Shown here: one piece after another, positions 7,840 through 16,759 of the stretch
Layout: each line of letters starts with the position of its first letter
How positions within the stretch are numbered: position 1 is the first letter of the stretch
Virus record (IMG/VR): IMGVR_UViG_3300036846_000887
Span: 1-52,373 of that record
DNA: 52,373 bases
Origin: a virus
Lineage: Duplodnaviria; Caudoviricetes
Direction: 5' to 3' (one strand)
The notes under the pieces: model-generated
Seen by the model: the letters and a program-made list of their open reading frames with translations, nothing else
Database searches by the model: none
What the model was told of the DNA's origin: nothing
Translations under genes and position numbers: made by a program

Positions 7840-9098
7840 CCACACCGCGCGAGCCCGGCTCGGAGTCCTACGTCCTGTCGGCGATGCTGCACTCCGAGGC
7901 CGCCTGCCGGATCGGGGTGCGGCAGCTATCCGCGGACGACTTCTACGAACAGCGCAACGCGCTGGTGTTCACCACGATCGCCGGGCTGGTGGATCGCGGT
8001 GCGCCGGTGGACCCGGTCAGCGTGGAGCAGACCGCCCGGTTGCAGCTGCGCAAGTTCGGCGGGGCCGTCGTCATCGCCGACCTGATCGGCGCGGCACCGA
8101 CCGCGGTGAACGTCGAGTGGCACATCGACATGCTGCGGCACGCCTCGCAGCGCAGGCAGCTGCTGCAGGTCAGCGAACGGCTGCATCAGGTCGCGCTCGG
8201 CGAGACGGCCGACCTCACCGACCGGATCGCCGAGTCGGAGCAGGAGCTGGGCTACATCCGCACGGCCTCCCTCGGTGACGGCCCGGTGCCGGGACTGTCC
8301 CTCATCGACGACTGGCTCGGCGACGCGGACGAGGCCGAGGACTGGGTGGTGCCGGGCCTGATCGCACCGGCCGACGTCATGCTGCTGCTCGCCCCGCCCG
8401 GCATCGGCAAGTCGGTGCTGTCCCGCCAGCTGGTGATGAGCTTGGCTGCCGGCGTACACCCACTGCGGCCGGAGCTTCGGATCGAGCCGCGCACCGCGAT
8501 GCTGGTCGACCTGGAGAATCCGTCCCGCGACGCCCGTGCCGACACCCGCAAGCTGCGGGTGCAGCTGTCCCTGATCGGTGAGTGGGTACCGCAGCGGGCG
8601 GTCATCCTGTACCGGCCGGAGGGTCTGGACCTGCGCAGGCCGCGCTTCGCCGACGAGTTCGAGCGGGCGATCGAGCAGCACCGCCCGGCGCTGGTGTGCC
8701 TGGGCTCGCTCTACAAGGCGGCGCCGAAGGGGCGCGACGACTGGGACACCGCGGCCGACGAGGCGCGGGCGGTGTTCGACCGGCTGCGCTCGGACTATGG
8801 CTTCGCGCTGTGGCTGGAGCACCACATGAACAAGCTCACCCAGTACGACCCGGCGATGGGGTCGCCGTACGGCTCCTCGATCTGGGAGCGGTGGCCGTCC
8901 TACGGCCGGGTGCTGCGCCGGATCGACGACACGAACTACGAGCTGTCCAAGCCGTTCCGCGGTGACCGGGCGGAGCGGGAGATCCCGGCCGGTCTGCACC
9001 GGGGCGGCCTGCTGCCGTGGTCACCGATCTGGGACCGGGAGGAGGTGGAGATCCACAAGGAACGGGCCAGGCCCCGCACCCCCAAGCCTGTGAACTAG
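7836..9098 (+). CDS. replicative helicase (DnaB N-terminal domain + RecA/AAA_25-type ATPase)
   Basis: E..VL.AML...L...DFY..RN..VF; Walker A APPGIGKS; VDLEN; GTGA overlap with initiator. Confidence 0.9.
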   Translation: MTTPREPGSESYVLSAMLHSEAACRIGVRQLSADDFYEQRNALVFTTIAGLVDRGAPVDPVSVEQTARLQLRKFGGAVVIADLIGAAPTAVNVEWHIDMLRHASQRRQLLQVSERLHQVALGETADLTDRIAESEQELGYIRTASLGDGPVPGLSLIDDWLGDADEAEDWVVPGLIAPADVMLLLAPPGIGKSVLSRQLVMSLAAGVHPLRPELRIEPRTAMLVDLENPSRDARADTRKLRVQLSLIGEWVPQRAVILYRPEGLDLRRPRFADEFERAIEQHRPALVCLGSLYKAAPKGRDDWDTAADEARAVFDRLRSDYGFALWLEHHMNKLTQYDPAMGSPYGSSIWERWPSYGRVLRRIDDTNYELSKPFRGDRAEREIPAGLHRGGLLPWSPIWDREEVEIHKERARPRTPKPVN

Positions 9099-9128
9099 CT
9101 TGACAAATGACTAGAAGTGTGGTATAAT
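9089..9128 (+). promoter_or_regulatory. consensus SigA promoter with extended -10
   Basis: TTGACA 9100-9105, 17 bp, TGG-TATAAT 9123-9128; TGTGAAC at 9089. Confidence 0.9.
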
Positions 9129-9161
9129 AGATGGGTAGGGACAGAACTGTCCCGAAAGCCG

Positions 9162-9175
9162 CTTAGTCCACTAAG
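9162..9175. repeat. 14-bp palindrome copy 11
   Basis: CTTAGTCCACTAAG between promoter and RBS. Confidence 0.95.
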
Positions 9176-9193
9176 CGAGAAACGGAGCGAGAG

Positions 9194-9892
9194 ATGACCA
9201 GAACCTGGCAGGACAACGCCGACGAGTGCAGGCAGCTCGACGACGGGGAGGGCTGGCCGTTCGCACGGCTGGTCGCCTGCTCCGTCTGCGGAGACGCCCG
9301 CAAGGGCAAGACCAGCCCGGCCGAGTTCGCCAAGCGGTGGGGCACCACCCCGGACCGGGTGCTGCGCTACCTCAACGGCTGGCGGGCAGCAGCCAAGCTG
9401 AGGCTGGTGGCCGACCCGGACACCCTCACCCCGGACGACGTGCTGACGCCCTACCCGACCGGCCCGGAGCACAGCTGGATGCTGGTCAACGGCTCACACC
9501 GCTACGCCGACACCAGCAAGGCCGGCGGTCGGCCGCGGGACAGCAGGCCCTCCGACGCGGTCACCATCATCGGCCGCCGCGGGGTGCCGGCGGTGGTCGC
9601 CGAGATGCCCACCGCCACCAAGCTGGAGATGCTGCAGGCGCTGACCGACTCGCTGGAGTCCGACCCGGTGGGCGATGAGTTCACCCGCCGGCGGATGCAG
9701 CACCAGCGGGAACAGGCCGCCCACCCGAACACACTGCTCGGCCACACGGCCACCGCCCGGCTGGCGATCGACGCGCTCGCCAAGGTCGGCGCGTACGACC
9801 AGGTCCAGCTGGTACTGGACTACGCGGTCGGCGTGCTGGCCGCCCGGCAGGCGCAGGAGCTGACACCGGAGATGTTCGATGACCGGCGCTAG
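9194..9892 (+). CDS. hypothetical protein with HTH-like motif
   Basis: SPAEFAKRWGTTPDRVLRYL; first gene after strong promoter. Confidence 0.75.
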   Translation: MTRTWQDNADECRQLDDGEGWPFARLVACSVCGDARKGKTSPAEFAKRWGTTPDRVLRYLNGWRAAAKLRLVADPDTLTPDDVLTPYPTGPEHSWMLVNGSHRYADTSKAGGRPRDSRPSDAVTIIGRRGVPAVVAEMPTATKLEMLQALTDSLESDPVGDEFTRRRMQHQREQAAHPNTLLGHTATARLAIDALAKVGAYDQVQLVLDYAVGVLAARQAQELTPEMFDDRR

Positions 9893-10400
9893 CGGCTACG
9901 GCATCCTGCGGATCAAGGCCAGGCGGCTGGCGAAGTTCCTGATCGCCTACCCGGAGCAGGGCGCCACCCGCGAGCAGCTGGCCCGGCAGTGCTCGCTGCC
10001 GGGGGTGAGCTACAGCCCGGCCTCGATCACGAACATGTGGCCGCTGGTGGAGTCCTACGTCAAGGCGCTGTCCGGGCTGTACGCCAACCGGCCGATCGCC
10101 CAGACCGGCTACCTGTGCTTCGCCAGCAGTCAGCCGTGGGTGGCCGCGCTGGTGCAGGTGCAGCGGGAGAAGAACGTCGTGACCCGGTTGGTGAACGACG
10201 TCGAGCAGGGCGCGGCGCTGGGTCAGCTGATCGACCACGCACCGCGCGACATCGCGATCGCAATGGCGCTGCGCAAGGCGCGCGGCGAGACCTACCTGGC
10301 CTCGCAGCGCAGCCAGGCGCAGGACCTGGACGCGGCCGAGCGGCAGATGATCGGTCACATCACCGCGATCGCCCGCATCCCGGCCACCGCCCGACCGTGA
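9879..10400 (+). CDS. hypothetical protein, possible winged HTH
   Basis: FLIAYPEQGATREQLARQC; GGAG RBS. Confidence 0.7.
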   Translation: MTGASGYGILRIKARRLAKFLIAYPEQGATREQLARQCSLPGVSYSPASITNMWPLVESYVKALSGLYANRPIAQTGYLCFASSQPWVAALVQVQREKNVVTRLVNDVEQGAALGQLIDHAPRDIAIAMALRKARGETYLASQRSQAQDLDAAERQMIGHITAIARIPATARP

Positions 10401-10405
10401 CAGCC

Positions 10406-10438
10406 GGAGCCGCCCGGGCCGGACAGCCGGGCGGCTCC
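10406..10438 (+). terminator. 12-bp hairpin abutting a palindrome
   Basis: GGAGCCGCCCGG / CCGGGCGGCTCC. Confidence 0.55.
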
Positions 10439-10452
10439 CTTAGTCCACTAAG
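10439..10452. repeat. 14-bp palindrome copy 12
   Basis: CTTAGTCCACTAAG. Confidence 0.95.
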
Positions 10453-10470
10453 CGAAACGGAGCACACACC

Positions 10471-10692
10471 ATGAACCAAGCCGAGTTCTTCCAGCGGCTG
10501 AGCCAGCCGTGCCCGCACCCGGAGGGCACCCGCATCAGGCTGATCCAGATGGGCGACGACCCGGACGCGATCCCACCGGGCGCGCTCGGCGCCATCGTCG
10601 GCGGCAGTGGCGCGCAGCTGTGGATGCGGTGGGACGACGGCCGGACGCTGCACCTGATCATCGGCGTCGACCAGTACGAGGTGCTGTCGTGA
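10471..10692 (+). CDS. DUF4314-like protein
   Basis: P.GTRIRLI.M.DDP..IPPG..G.....WDDGRTL.LI.GVD. Confidence 0.85.
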   Translation: MNQAEFFQRLSQPCPHPEGTRIRLIQMGDDPDAIPPGALGAIVGGSGAQLWMRWDDGRTLHLIIGVDQYEVLS

Positions 10693-10889
10693 AAGCGCCG
10701 ACCGGGTTCGAGGCGTCCGCGGAAGTGGTGCGCTCGGCAGCGGACACGCTGCTCACCGCGGTGGCCGCGATGGCGGTGGTCCAGGGCATCGAGCCGACTG
10801 TCTCCGCGGTGCGCAAGACCGCGATCGCCGCCCTGGACGGGGTCATCGCCGAGACCGCCAGCAACCTCGCCGGGCTGGCCAAGCCGTGA
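10689..10889 (+). CDS. hypothetical protein
   Basis: GTGA overlaps at both ends. Confidence 0.65.
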   Translation: MKAPTGFEASAEVVRSAADTLLTAVAAMAVVQGIEPTVSAVRKTAIAALDGVIAETASNLAGLAKP

Positions 10890-11203
10890 CCGGCGACGAC
10901 TGGGCCGACGACCCGCGGGCCAAGCGCTGGATCGCCGGGGTGCGCCGCGACCTGGTGCCGATGATCGAGGGCTCGGCGTACGTGATGAGCCTGGTGCCCG
11001 ACAGCGACCAGCTGGACATCAAGTTCTCGGTCGAACTGGGGGTGGCGATCATGCTGGACAAGCCGATCATCGCGGTGGTCATCGACAACCGGACGGTGCC
11101 GCCGAAGCTCGCCAGGGTGTGCGACGCGGTCATCGAGTGGACCGACGACAAGGCGGAGATGATGCGCCGGATCGAGGCAGTGACGTCGGGGCGGTCCCGA
11201 TGA
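10886..11203 (+). CDS. TIR / nucleoside 2-deoxyribosyltransferase-like protein
   Basis: VELGVAIMLDKPIIAVV matches the E-x-G-x-A-x3-xKP motif of these folds. Confidence 0.6.
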   Translation: MTGDDWADDPRAKRWIAGVRRDLVPMIEGSAYVMSLVPDSDQLDIKFSVELGVAIMLDKPIIAVVIDNRTVPPKLARVCDAVIEWTDDKAEMMRRIEAVTSGRSR

Positions 11204-11811
11204 CGATGCCGGTGGAGGAGGCGCTGGCCATGATCGAGTCCGACCCGCTGGCCTGCGCGCTGCTGATGTCGCTGGCCAAGCTGGAGGAGACGCTGACCGA
11301 GCTGGGCTGGGACCAGCCGCCGCGGCTGATGTCGGTGATGCGACATCTGCCCGAGGGCAGCGACGAGCCGTACACGCTGGCGATCGACGAAGTGCCGGAC
11401 GTGCTGCCGATCGGTGGTGGCCCGCAGATCGCGCAGCGGTTGCACAACATGGCGGACGCGATCACCAGGCGGCGGCAGCGGGATCAGAGCTGGGACCGGG
11501 TGAACGTGCACGCCTGGGTGCTGTGCACCGAGGGCTGGACCGCGTCGGCGGACTGGGACGACGAGGCGGCCCGGCAGCAGCTGATCCGCGACGGCGAGCG
11601 GCATCGGGTCAACACCCGGCCGGACCGGATCGAGGTCCGGCTGCTGACCGCGGTGGACCGCTCCGGCATGTCGATGCAGGTGGTCCGGTTCCGCGACGGC
11701 GAGTTGGCCGCGACCGTGCAGCAGACGATGCCCACCATCCAGCAGGGCGCGACCGGCTTCCGCGGCTCCGTGCCGGAGGCGTTGGCCGCGCTGATGGAGG
11801 CGTGCCAATGA
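11200..11811 (+). CDS. PPA1309-like family protein
   Basis: GWDQPPRL...L..E.W...PDR.EVRL..AV.R.G. Confidence 0.7.
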   Translation: MTMPVEEALAMIESDPLACALLMSLAKLEETLTELGWDQPPRLMSVMRHLPEGSDEPYTLAIDEVPDVLPIGGGPQIAQRLHNMADAITRRRQRDQSWDRVNVHAWVLCTEGWTASADWDDEAARQQLIRDGERHRVNTRPDRIEVRLLTAVDRSGMSMQVVRFRDGELAATVQQTMPTIQQGATGFRGSVPEALAALMEACQ

Positions 11812-12173
11812 CCGACTGCGCGAGCTGTGGCCGCACCCTGCGGCGGGACCACGAGCTGATGGCCGGCCGGCCGATGTGGTTCGACCGGCAGCTGCGGCCG
11901 ATCTGCGTGTCGTGCGCCAACGCCCTGCTCGGTGACGGCCCGGCCCGCCGGATCGCGTTCACGAAGATCGGTCGGTACGAGGTGTGCACCGACCACCTGG
12001 TCCTCGATCACCACTGGGACGACGGGCCACCGATCTGCTTCGAGACGATGATCTTCGCCGAGGATCACGCGGACCCGCTGCACACCCAGTGCTGGCGCTA
12101 CCCGACCGAGGCGGCGGCGCTGGCCGGGCACGACCAGGTGCTGGCGATGCTGCGCGAGTCGGTGCCGTCGTGA
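11808..12173 (+). CDS. hypothetical phage protein
   Basis: CASC/CVSC; LDH...GPP..FETMIF...RY.T...A..GH. Confidence 0.8.
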   Translation: MTDCASCGRTLRRDHELMAGRPMWFDRQLRPICVSCANALLGDGPARRIAFTKIGRYEVCTDHLVLDHHWDDGPPICFETMIFAEDHADPLHTQCWRYPTEAAALAGHDQVLAMLRESVPS

Positions 12174-12337
12174 TCCCGCTCAACGACTGCCCGCACGACG
12201 CGCAGCTGCTGGCCGAGTGCGAGGGCTATGAGAACCCGACCGAGCCGCTGTCGATCCGGGTCACCTGCCCGCTCTGCAACGGTCACCTGACGGTGATCGT
12301 CGAGGACGTGGCGCTGCTGCAATGGGAGGAGGACTGA
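12170..12337 (+). CDS. small Zn-ribbon-like protein
   Basis: CPH...CPLC; coupled overlaps. Confidence 0.65.
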   Translation: MIPLNDCPHDAQLLAECEGYENPTEPLSIRVTCPLCNGHLTVIVEDVALLQWEED

Positions 12338-12549
12338 TGACCGGGCCGGCGCACCACTTCATCTGCCAGCTGTGCGCTCGCAGGTTCCACAGCCATGTTC
12401 CGATCGAGGAGGTTGTCGCCGAGGCCGAGGCGAACTTCGGGCCGCTGCCCGAGGACAACTCCCTGGTCGTATCGGTGTGCGACGACTGCTACCAGCAGGT
12501 GATGGCCTGGGCCAAGACCGAGGGCCTGCCGAAACGGTGGGAGGAGTAG
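12337..12549 (+). CDS. small Zn-binding protein
   Basis: CQLC...CDDC; GGAGG RBS. Confidence 0.75.
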   Translation: MTGPAHHFICQLCARRFHSHVPIEEVVAEAEANFGPLPEDNSLVVSVCDDCYQQVMAWAKTEGLPKRWEE

Positions 12550-12831
12550 ATGGTGCACGACTACCACGACGCGCTGCCCGGCTACCACCCCTCACAGATC
12601 CTCTACGACGGCTGCGGCGAGTGTGAGGCACGCGGCGCCGACGTGGAGTCCGCGCTGGCGCACCTGGACCCGGCCCGGTTCCTGCATGCCTGGAACCGTG
12701 CGGTGCTGATGCGCTTCGGCATCCTGACCAACTGCTCGGTGGCGGAGGCGCCGCTGCTGCGGGTGCTCGGCGCGGTGCAGTTGCAGGCGGCGCGGGTGCA
12801 CATCCTGTCGGTGATGGAGCCGCTGGAATGA
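12550..12831 (+). CDS. hypothetical protein
   Basis: GGAGG RBS; CGEC. Confidence 0.75.
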   Translation: MVHDYHDALPGYHPSQILYDGCGECEARGADVESALAHLDPARFLHAWNRAVLMRFGILTNCSVAEAPLLRVLGAVQLQAARVHILSVMEPLE

Positions 12832-13010
12832 GCGAGTACCTGGACGGTGACCCGGATGAGGACTACGAGGACAACGAACAGGTCATCGAGCGGATCATCG
12901 TCCGGCTCGGCCGGGTCACCCCGACCCGCTACCTCGTTGCCTACCTTCCCGGCGACAAGGAGGAGATGAGCGAGACCCAGCAGAAGATCGAGAACATCAC
13001 CAACGCTTAG
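12828..13010 (+). CDS. small acidic hypothetical protein
   Basis: ATGA overlap; stop inside palindrome 13. Confidence 0.7.
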   Translation: MSEYLDGDPDEDYEDNEQVIERIIVRLGRVTPTRYLVAYLPGDKEEMSETQQKIENITNA

Positions 13011-13019
13011 TGGACTAGG
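13006..13019. repeat. 14-bp palindrome copy 13
   Basis: CTTAGTGGACTAGG. Confidence 0.95.
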
Positions 13020-13036
13020 TGAACGGAGCAAACAGG

Positions 13037-13537
13037 ATGAGCGGGTTCATGGAGTTCGACTCCTTCGACGACATGGTCGAGTTCATGCGGACTAACACCG
13101 AGCAGGCCAACGCGGGCCTGGCGCCGGAGCAGCAGGCACTGACCTGGGGCTCGACCTGGGTGCGATTCGATCAGGTGTTCGACGAGAACATCGTCTTCGG
13201 CCGGTGCTATGAACGCGAGGAGGCCAAGCAGAAGGAACGCGACGCGACCGTCCGGATGGGCGACCGGGTCGACGAGTACGAGATCGCCGACACCGACCGG
13301 CGGCTGGCGGCCGCGCTGGAGGACGGCTACCTGTTCGGTGTCGCGGCCTCCCGGCACTTCCCCGACCCGGAGATCGGCTCGACGCACCGGGCCAACGCCT
13401 GGCCGATCAGCGACCGGCTGTTCCAGACGATGGAGCAGCTGGGCTTCGACTACCAGAAGCTGACCGACCCGGTGCTGCGGGAGGAGCTGGAGGACGCCTA
13501 CCGGGAATGGCGCGAGCACGAGATGACCCGGCGGTGA
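13037..13537 (+). CDS. hypothetical protein
   Basis: ATG 13037, 7 nt after AACGGAGC. Confidence 0.8.
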   Translation: MSGFMEFDSFDDMVEFMRTNTEQANAGLAPEQQALTWGSTWVRFDQVFDENIVFGRCYEREEAKQKERDATVRMGDRVDEYEIADTDRRLAAALEDGYLFGVAASRHFPDPEIGSTHRANAWPISDRLFQTMEQLGFDYQKLTDPVLREELEDAYREWREHEMTRR

Positions 13538-14574
13538 AACGCGCCGAGGAGCTGCTGGCGCGCCAGCGGGACCTGGTGCAGCGGCTGGCGGTGCCGCAGT
13601 TCCGCCGCTACGTCGGCATCTCCACCGCGCTGCACCGGGCCAACGTGCACGTCGGTGACAGCCACGAGGTGGACGAGCGGACCCGGCAGGTGATGGACGG
13701 CCCGCAGCCGGAGATGTACGCCGCGCACCTGGAGTCGGTCGCCCGCGGCGCCTACCTGTACCAGGTCACCGAGGACATGTGCATGGTGGTGCAGCACGCC
13801 GCGTCGGCGCTGGCCGAGCTGGACCGGTTCCACCGGGACGAGGAGCCGACCGGCTGCGGGATGGTGTACTTCGAGCGGCCGATGCCGATCGCCGAGGTGC
13901 GCGGCCGGACCATGCTGGGGCACTGGCTGATCTGGGGTCCGGCATACGACGGCGACTACGAGGGCGCCGGCACCGCGATGTACTGGCTCAACGACACCCT
14001 GGACGAGGCCGACGACGTGGCCCAGGACGCGCTGGCCGAGTACGACCGCACCGAGCGGCGCGAGCTGTACGAGATGCTGGGCCGGTGGGGTCCGATCGGC
14101 TGCGACTTCGCGGTGGACGGGATGCGGATGGGGCCGCCAATCCTGCACCCGGACGCCGAGGTGCAGGCGCAGATGATCGCCGCCGGCACCATCCCCTCCG
14201 ACGCCACCAACACGGCGCGCTACGCCAAGGCGCTGTTCTTCCTGCTGGGCCAGACGCTGGTGGCCACCCACGAGCCCCACCTGCGCCGCACAGCGGCCAG
14301 GGCGTCCCGGCGGATGAACCTGCCCGGCCGGGTCACCGTGATCGACCTGCGGCGATCTGAGGGCTCCCGGCGCGACGGTGAGTCCAACGTGGAGTGGGCG
14401 CACCGCTGGATCGTGCGCGGCCATCCGGCGTGGCGGAAGTGCTCCGAGGACAACCCGCACGCCGAACGCTACGAAAAAGGCTGGCGAGTGCGTGTCTACA
14501 TCGCTCCATTCGAGAAAGGGCCGGAGAATAAACCGCTGGTCGTCACCGACAAGCTGTACCGCCTACGCCGATGA
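13534..14574 (+). CDS. hypothetical phage protein (346 aa)
   Basis: GTGA overlap; C-terminal HRWIVRGH...YIAPFEKGP. Confidence 0.85.
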   Translation: MKRAEELLARQRDLVQRLAVPQFRRYVGISTALHRANVHVGDSHEVDERTRQVMDGPQPEMYAAHLESVARGAYLYQVTEDMCMVVQHAASALAELDRFHRDEEPTGCGMVYFERPMPIAEVRGRTMLGHWLIWGPAYDGDYEGAGTAMYWLNDTLDEADDVAQDALAEYDRTERRELYEMLGRWGPIGCDFAVDGMRMGPPILHPDAEVQAQMIAAGTIPSDATNTARYAKALFFLLGQTLVATHEPHLRRTAARASRRMNLPGRVTVIDLRRSEGSRRDGESNVEWAHRWIVRGHPAWRKCSEDNPHAERYEKGWRVRVYIAPFEKGPENKPLVVTDKLYRLRR

Positions 14575-14837
14575 AGGGGCGCCGGAACATGCTGAGCCTG
14601 ACCGCCACCCAATGGATCCTGTGGTCACAGCGGCAGCGCGGCGAAGCGGACGTGATCCGCCGCCGGATGATCCGCGAGGCGGAGAAGGCCAGCCAGATGG
14701 TCAGTGAACTGAAATGCCCCGGCTGCGACGTGAGCATCACGCTGGCGACCGCGGGCTCCGGGGCGGTGAAGTTCGAGACGCCGATGGTGACGCACTCGCT
14801 GCTGTGCACCGCGGTGCATCCGGATGTCGCGCGCTGA
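14571..14837 (+). CDS. hypothetical Zn-binding protein
   Basis: CPGC...H...C. Confidence 0.7.
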   Translation: MKGRRNMLSLTATQWILWSQRQRGEADVIRRRMIREAEKASQMVSELKCPGCDVSITLATAGSGAVKFETPMVTHSLLCTAVHPDVAR

Positions 14838-15159
14838 GCCGATTCCGGACGAGGCTCGCGACATCGTCCGCAACCGGGACGGTTCGCGGTGCGTGCGCTG
14901 CAGGTCCTACGTGCCGTTCGGGCACTGGCACCACCGGCGAACCCGCACCGTGCGCGACGGCAGCGAGCACTCGCCGACGAACGGGATCTGGCTGTGCCCG
15001 ACCTGCCACTCGTGGGTACATGCTCATCCGTCGGAGGCGCAGACCCACGGCTGGATCGTCAGCCGGTGGGCCGACCCGGCGAAGGTCCCGATCGAGCACG
15101 CCCGGTTCGGAACGGTATTGCTCACTCCGCACGGCGGAGTGATCGACTTAGTGGACTAA
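14824..15159 (+). CDS. HNH endonuclease
   Basis: RD..RCVRC...HHRR...NGIWLCPTCHSWVH. Confidence 0.93.
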   Translation: MSRAEPIPDEARDIVRNRDGSRCVRCRSYVPFGHWHHRRTRTVRDGSEHSPTNGIWLCPTCHSWVHAHPSEAQTHGWIVSRWADPAKVPIEHARFGTVLLTPHGGVIDLVD

Positions 15160-15160
15160 G
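15147..15160. repeat. 14-bp palindrome copy 14
   Basis: CTTAGTGGACTAAG; encodes the last residues and stop of HNH. Confidence 0.95.
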
Positions 15161-15177
15161 GAAACGGAGCGCAACGA

Positions 15178-15417
15178 ATGACGAAACTGTCCACCAGCTT
15201 CAGGCTGATGTTCCTGCGGCACATGCTGAAACTCACCATCGACTACCTGGCCAAGCTGATCGAACGGCTTGCGGTCGCGGCGATCGACCGGGTCACCGAC
15301 TGGCTGGTCGAGGCCAGCCGCAAGTCCGACCGGAGCCAGATCGAGGACGTCGCGGTCGCGGTCGCCGAACCGGTCGCACAGCTGGTCACCGAAGTGCTGC
15401 CGGCGAGGCGACGGTGA
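15178..15417 (+). CDS. hypothetical protein
   Basis: AACGGAGC RBS. Confidence 0.75.
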   Translation: MTKLSTSFRLMFLRHMLKLTIDYLAKLIERLAVAAIDRVTDWLVEASRKSDRSQIEDVAVAVAEPVAQLVTEVLPARRR

Positions 15418-15665
15418 TGCCCGGGGTGATGTACGCCGGGCCGGACATCGTCACTGAGTGCTGCAGCGCCCCGGTGCAGGTGACCCGGGTGGTGCACGAC
15501 GTGTGCGAGTACGACCCGGTCGAGCTGGCCCCGGCGGCGGACGGCCGGCCGGTGACACTGCACGTCAAGTACAACGGCCGGAACAACCCGCTGGACTCCG
15601 ACGGCTACGAGGCACACTGCGAGGGCTGCCTGCGGCCGCTCGACATCGAGATCGAGGAGGACTAG
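15417..15665 (+). CDS. small Zn-ribbon-like protein
   Basis: TGATG overlap; ECC...CEGC. Confidence 0.7.
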   Translation: MPGVMYAGPDIVTECCSAPVQVTRVVHDVCEYDPVELAPAADGRPVTLHVKYNGRNNPLDSDGYEAHCEGCLRPLDIEIEED

Positions 15666-15668
15666 GCG

Positions 15669-16055
15669 ATGGCCGTCGACAAGGCGAGCGGCTGCCCGTT
15701 CTGCGAACTGGTCGCAAGCGGCGCATGGGATGCCGACCAGATCGACATCGGGAGCGCCGTCGTCTATCGGATCGAACCGCTGAATCCGGTGGTGCCCGGT
15801 CATATGCTGTTCGTCCCCCAGGAGCATGTTGCATCCGCTTCGGAAGACCACGACATCACCGGCCGGGTATTCGGCGCCGCCGCCCGGTGGGCCAGCTATC
15901 AGGACCCTGCCTACAACCTCATCACCAGCGCGGGCAGCGCGGCGACCCAGACCGTGCCACATCTGCACGTTCACTATGTGCCGCGTTGTCACGGTGACGG
16001 CTTGCATCTGCCCTGGACCGGCCAACTGATGAACGGAGCAAACGATGCTGACTGA
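15669..16055 (+). CDS. HIT (histidine triad) family hydrolase
   Basis: CPFC, PLNPVVPGH.L.VP..H, G..A.QTVPHLHVHYVPR. Confidence 0.95.
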   Translation: MAVDKASGCPFCELVASGAWDADQIDIGSAVVYRIEPLNPVVPGHMLFVPQEHVASASEDHDITGRVFGAAARWASYQDPAYNLITSAGSAATQTVPHLHVHYVPRCHGDGLHLPWTGQLMNGANDAD

Positions 16056-16533
16056 GCAACACGCGCAGTATGCGGGCTGGGTGCTGGGGATCGCGCGGCG
16101 CAACGCGGTGCCGGTCGCCGCCGTCACCGACGAGAACGGCGACTACACCAACGAGCTGCTGCTGTGCCTGCCGAACTGGGAGCCGCGGATCACGGTGGTG
16201 GTGCCCGAGCCGCCGGCCGACTGGGAGCTGCCGAAGACTCAGCGGTCACCGATGACGCCCGCGGTGCAGGCGATGCTGACCGACAACCACGCGCCGACGG
16301 CGCCGCTGGATGAGTTCCTCGCCGCCTACACGGAGGACGACAACCTGTGGTGGCGGATCTCCGACGGGCACCGGCTGAACCTGTTCGAGGCCGCGGTCGA
16401 GTGGGCGGTCGAGGTGAAGCAGCAGGGCTGGGCTCCGCTCGGCACCCATGTCGACTGCTCGCATCAGCTGGAGTTCGGCGAGGAGGTCGACGAGGGCGGC
16501 CTGCCGAAGTGGGAGCGGGTCAGCCGTGACTGA
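16045..16533 (+). CDS. hypothetical protein
   Basis: AACGGAGC RBS embedded in the HIT 3' end. Confidence 0.75.
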   Translation: MLTEQHAQYAGWVLGIARRNAVPVAAVTDENGDYTNELLLCLPNWEPRITVVVPEPPADWELPKTQRSPMTPAVQAMLTDNHAPTAPLDEFLAAYTEDDNLWWRISDGHRLNLFEAAVEWAVEVKQQGWAPLGTHVDCSHQLEFGEEVDEGGLPKWERVSRD

Positions 16534-16759
16534 CAAGCACTACTACTGGGCGACCATCACCAAGCCGCAGCTCGGCTTCGGCGTCGTGGTCGAGGACAAC
16601 ATCGTCACCGAGATCGGCGAGCCGATGGTCCAGTACCTGGAGGGCTGGTGGTGGAACCGGGCGCGCTTCCACCTGCGCCGCCGCGGGCTGAGATACGTCG
16701 AGGTGCCGCGCCATGAGATCGAGATTCAGCTGACGCAGAAGGAGGAACTTCATGACTAA
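16526..16759 (+). CDS. hypothetical protein
   Basis: GTG 16526 after GGGAG; fills the gap. Confidence 0.7.
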   Translation: MTDKHYYWATITKPQLGFGVVVEDNIVTEIGEPMVQYLEGWWWNRARFHLRRRGLRYVEVPRHEIEIQLTQKEELHD

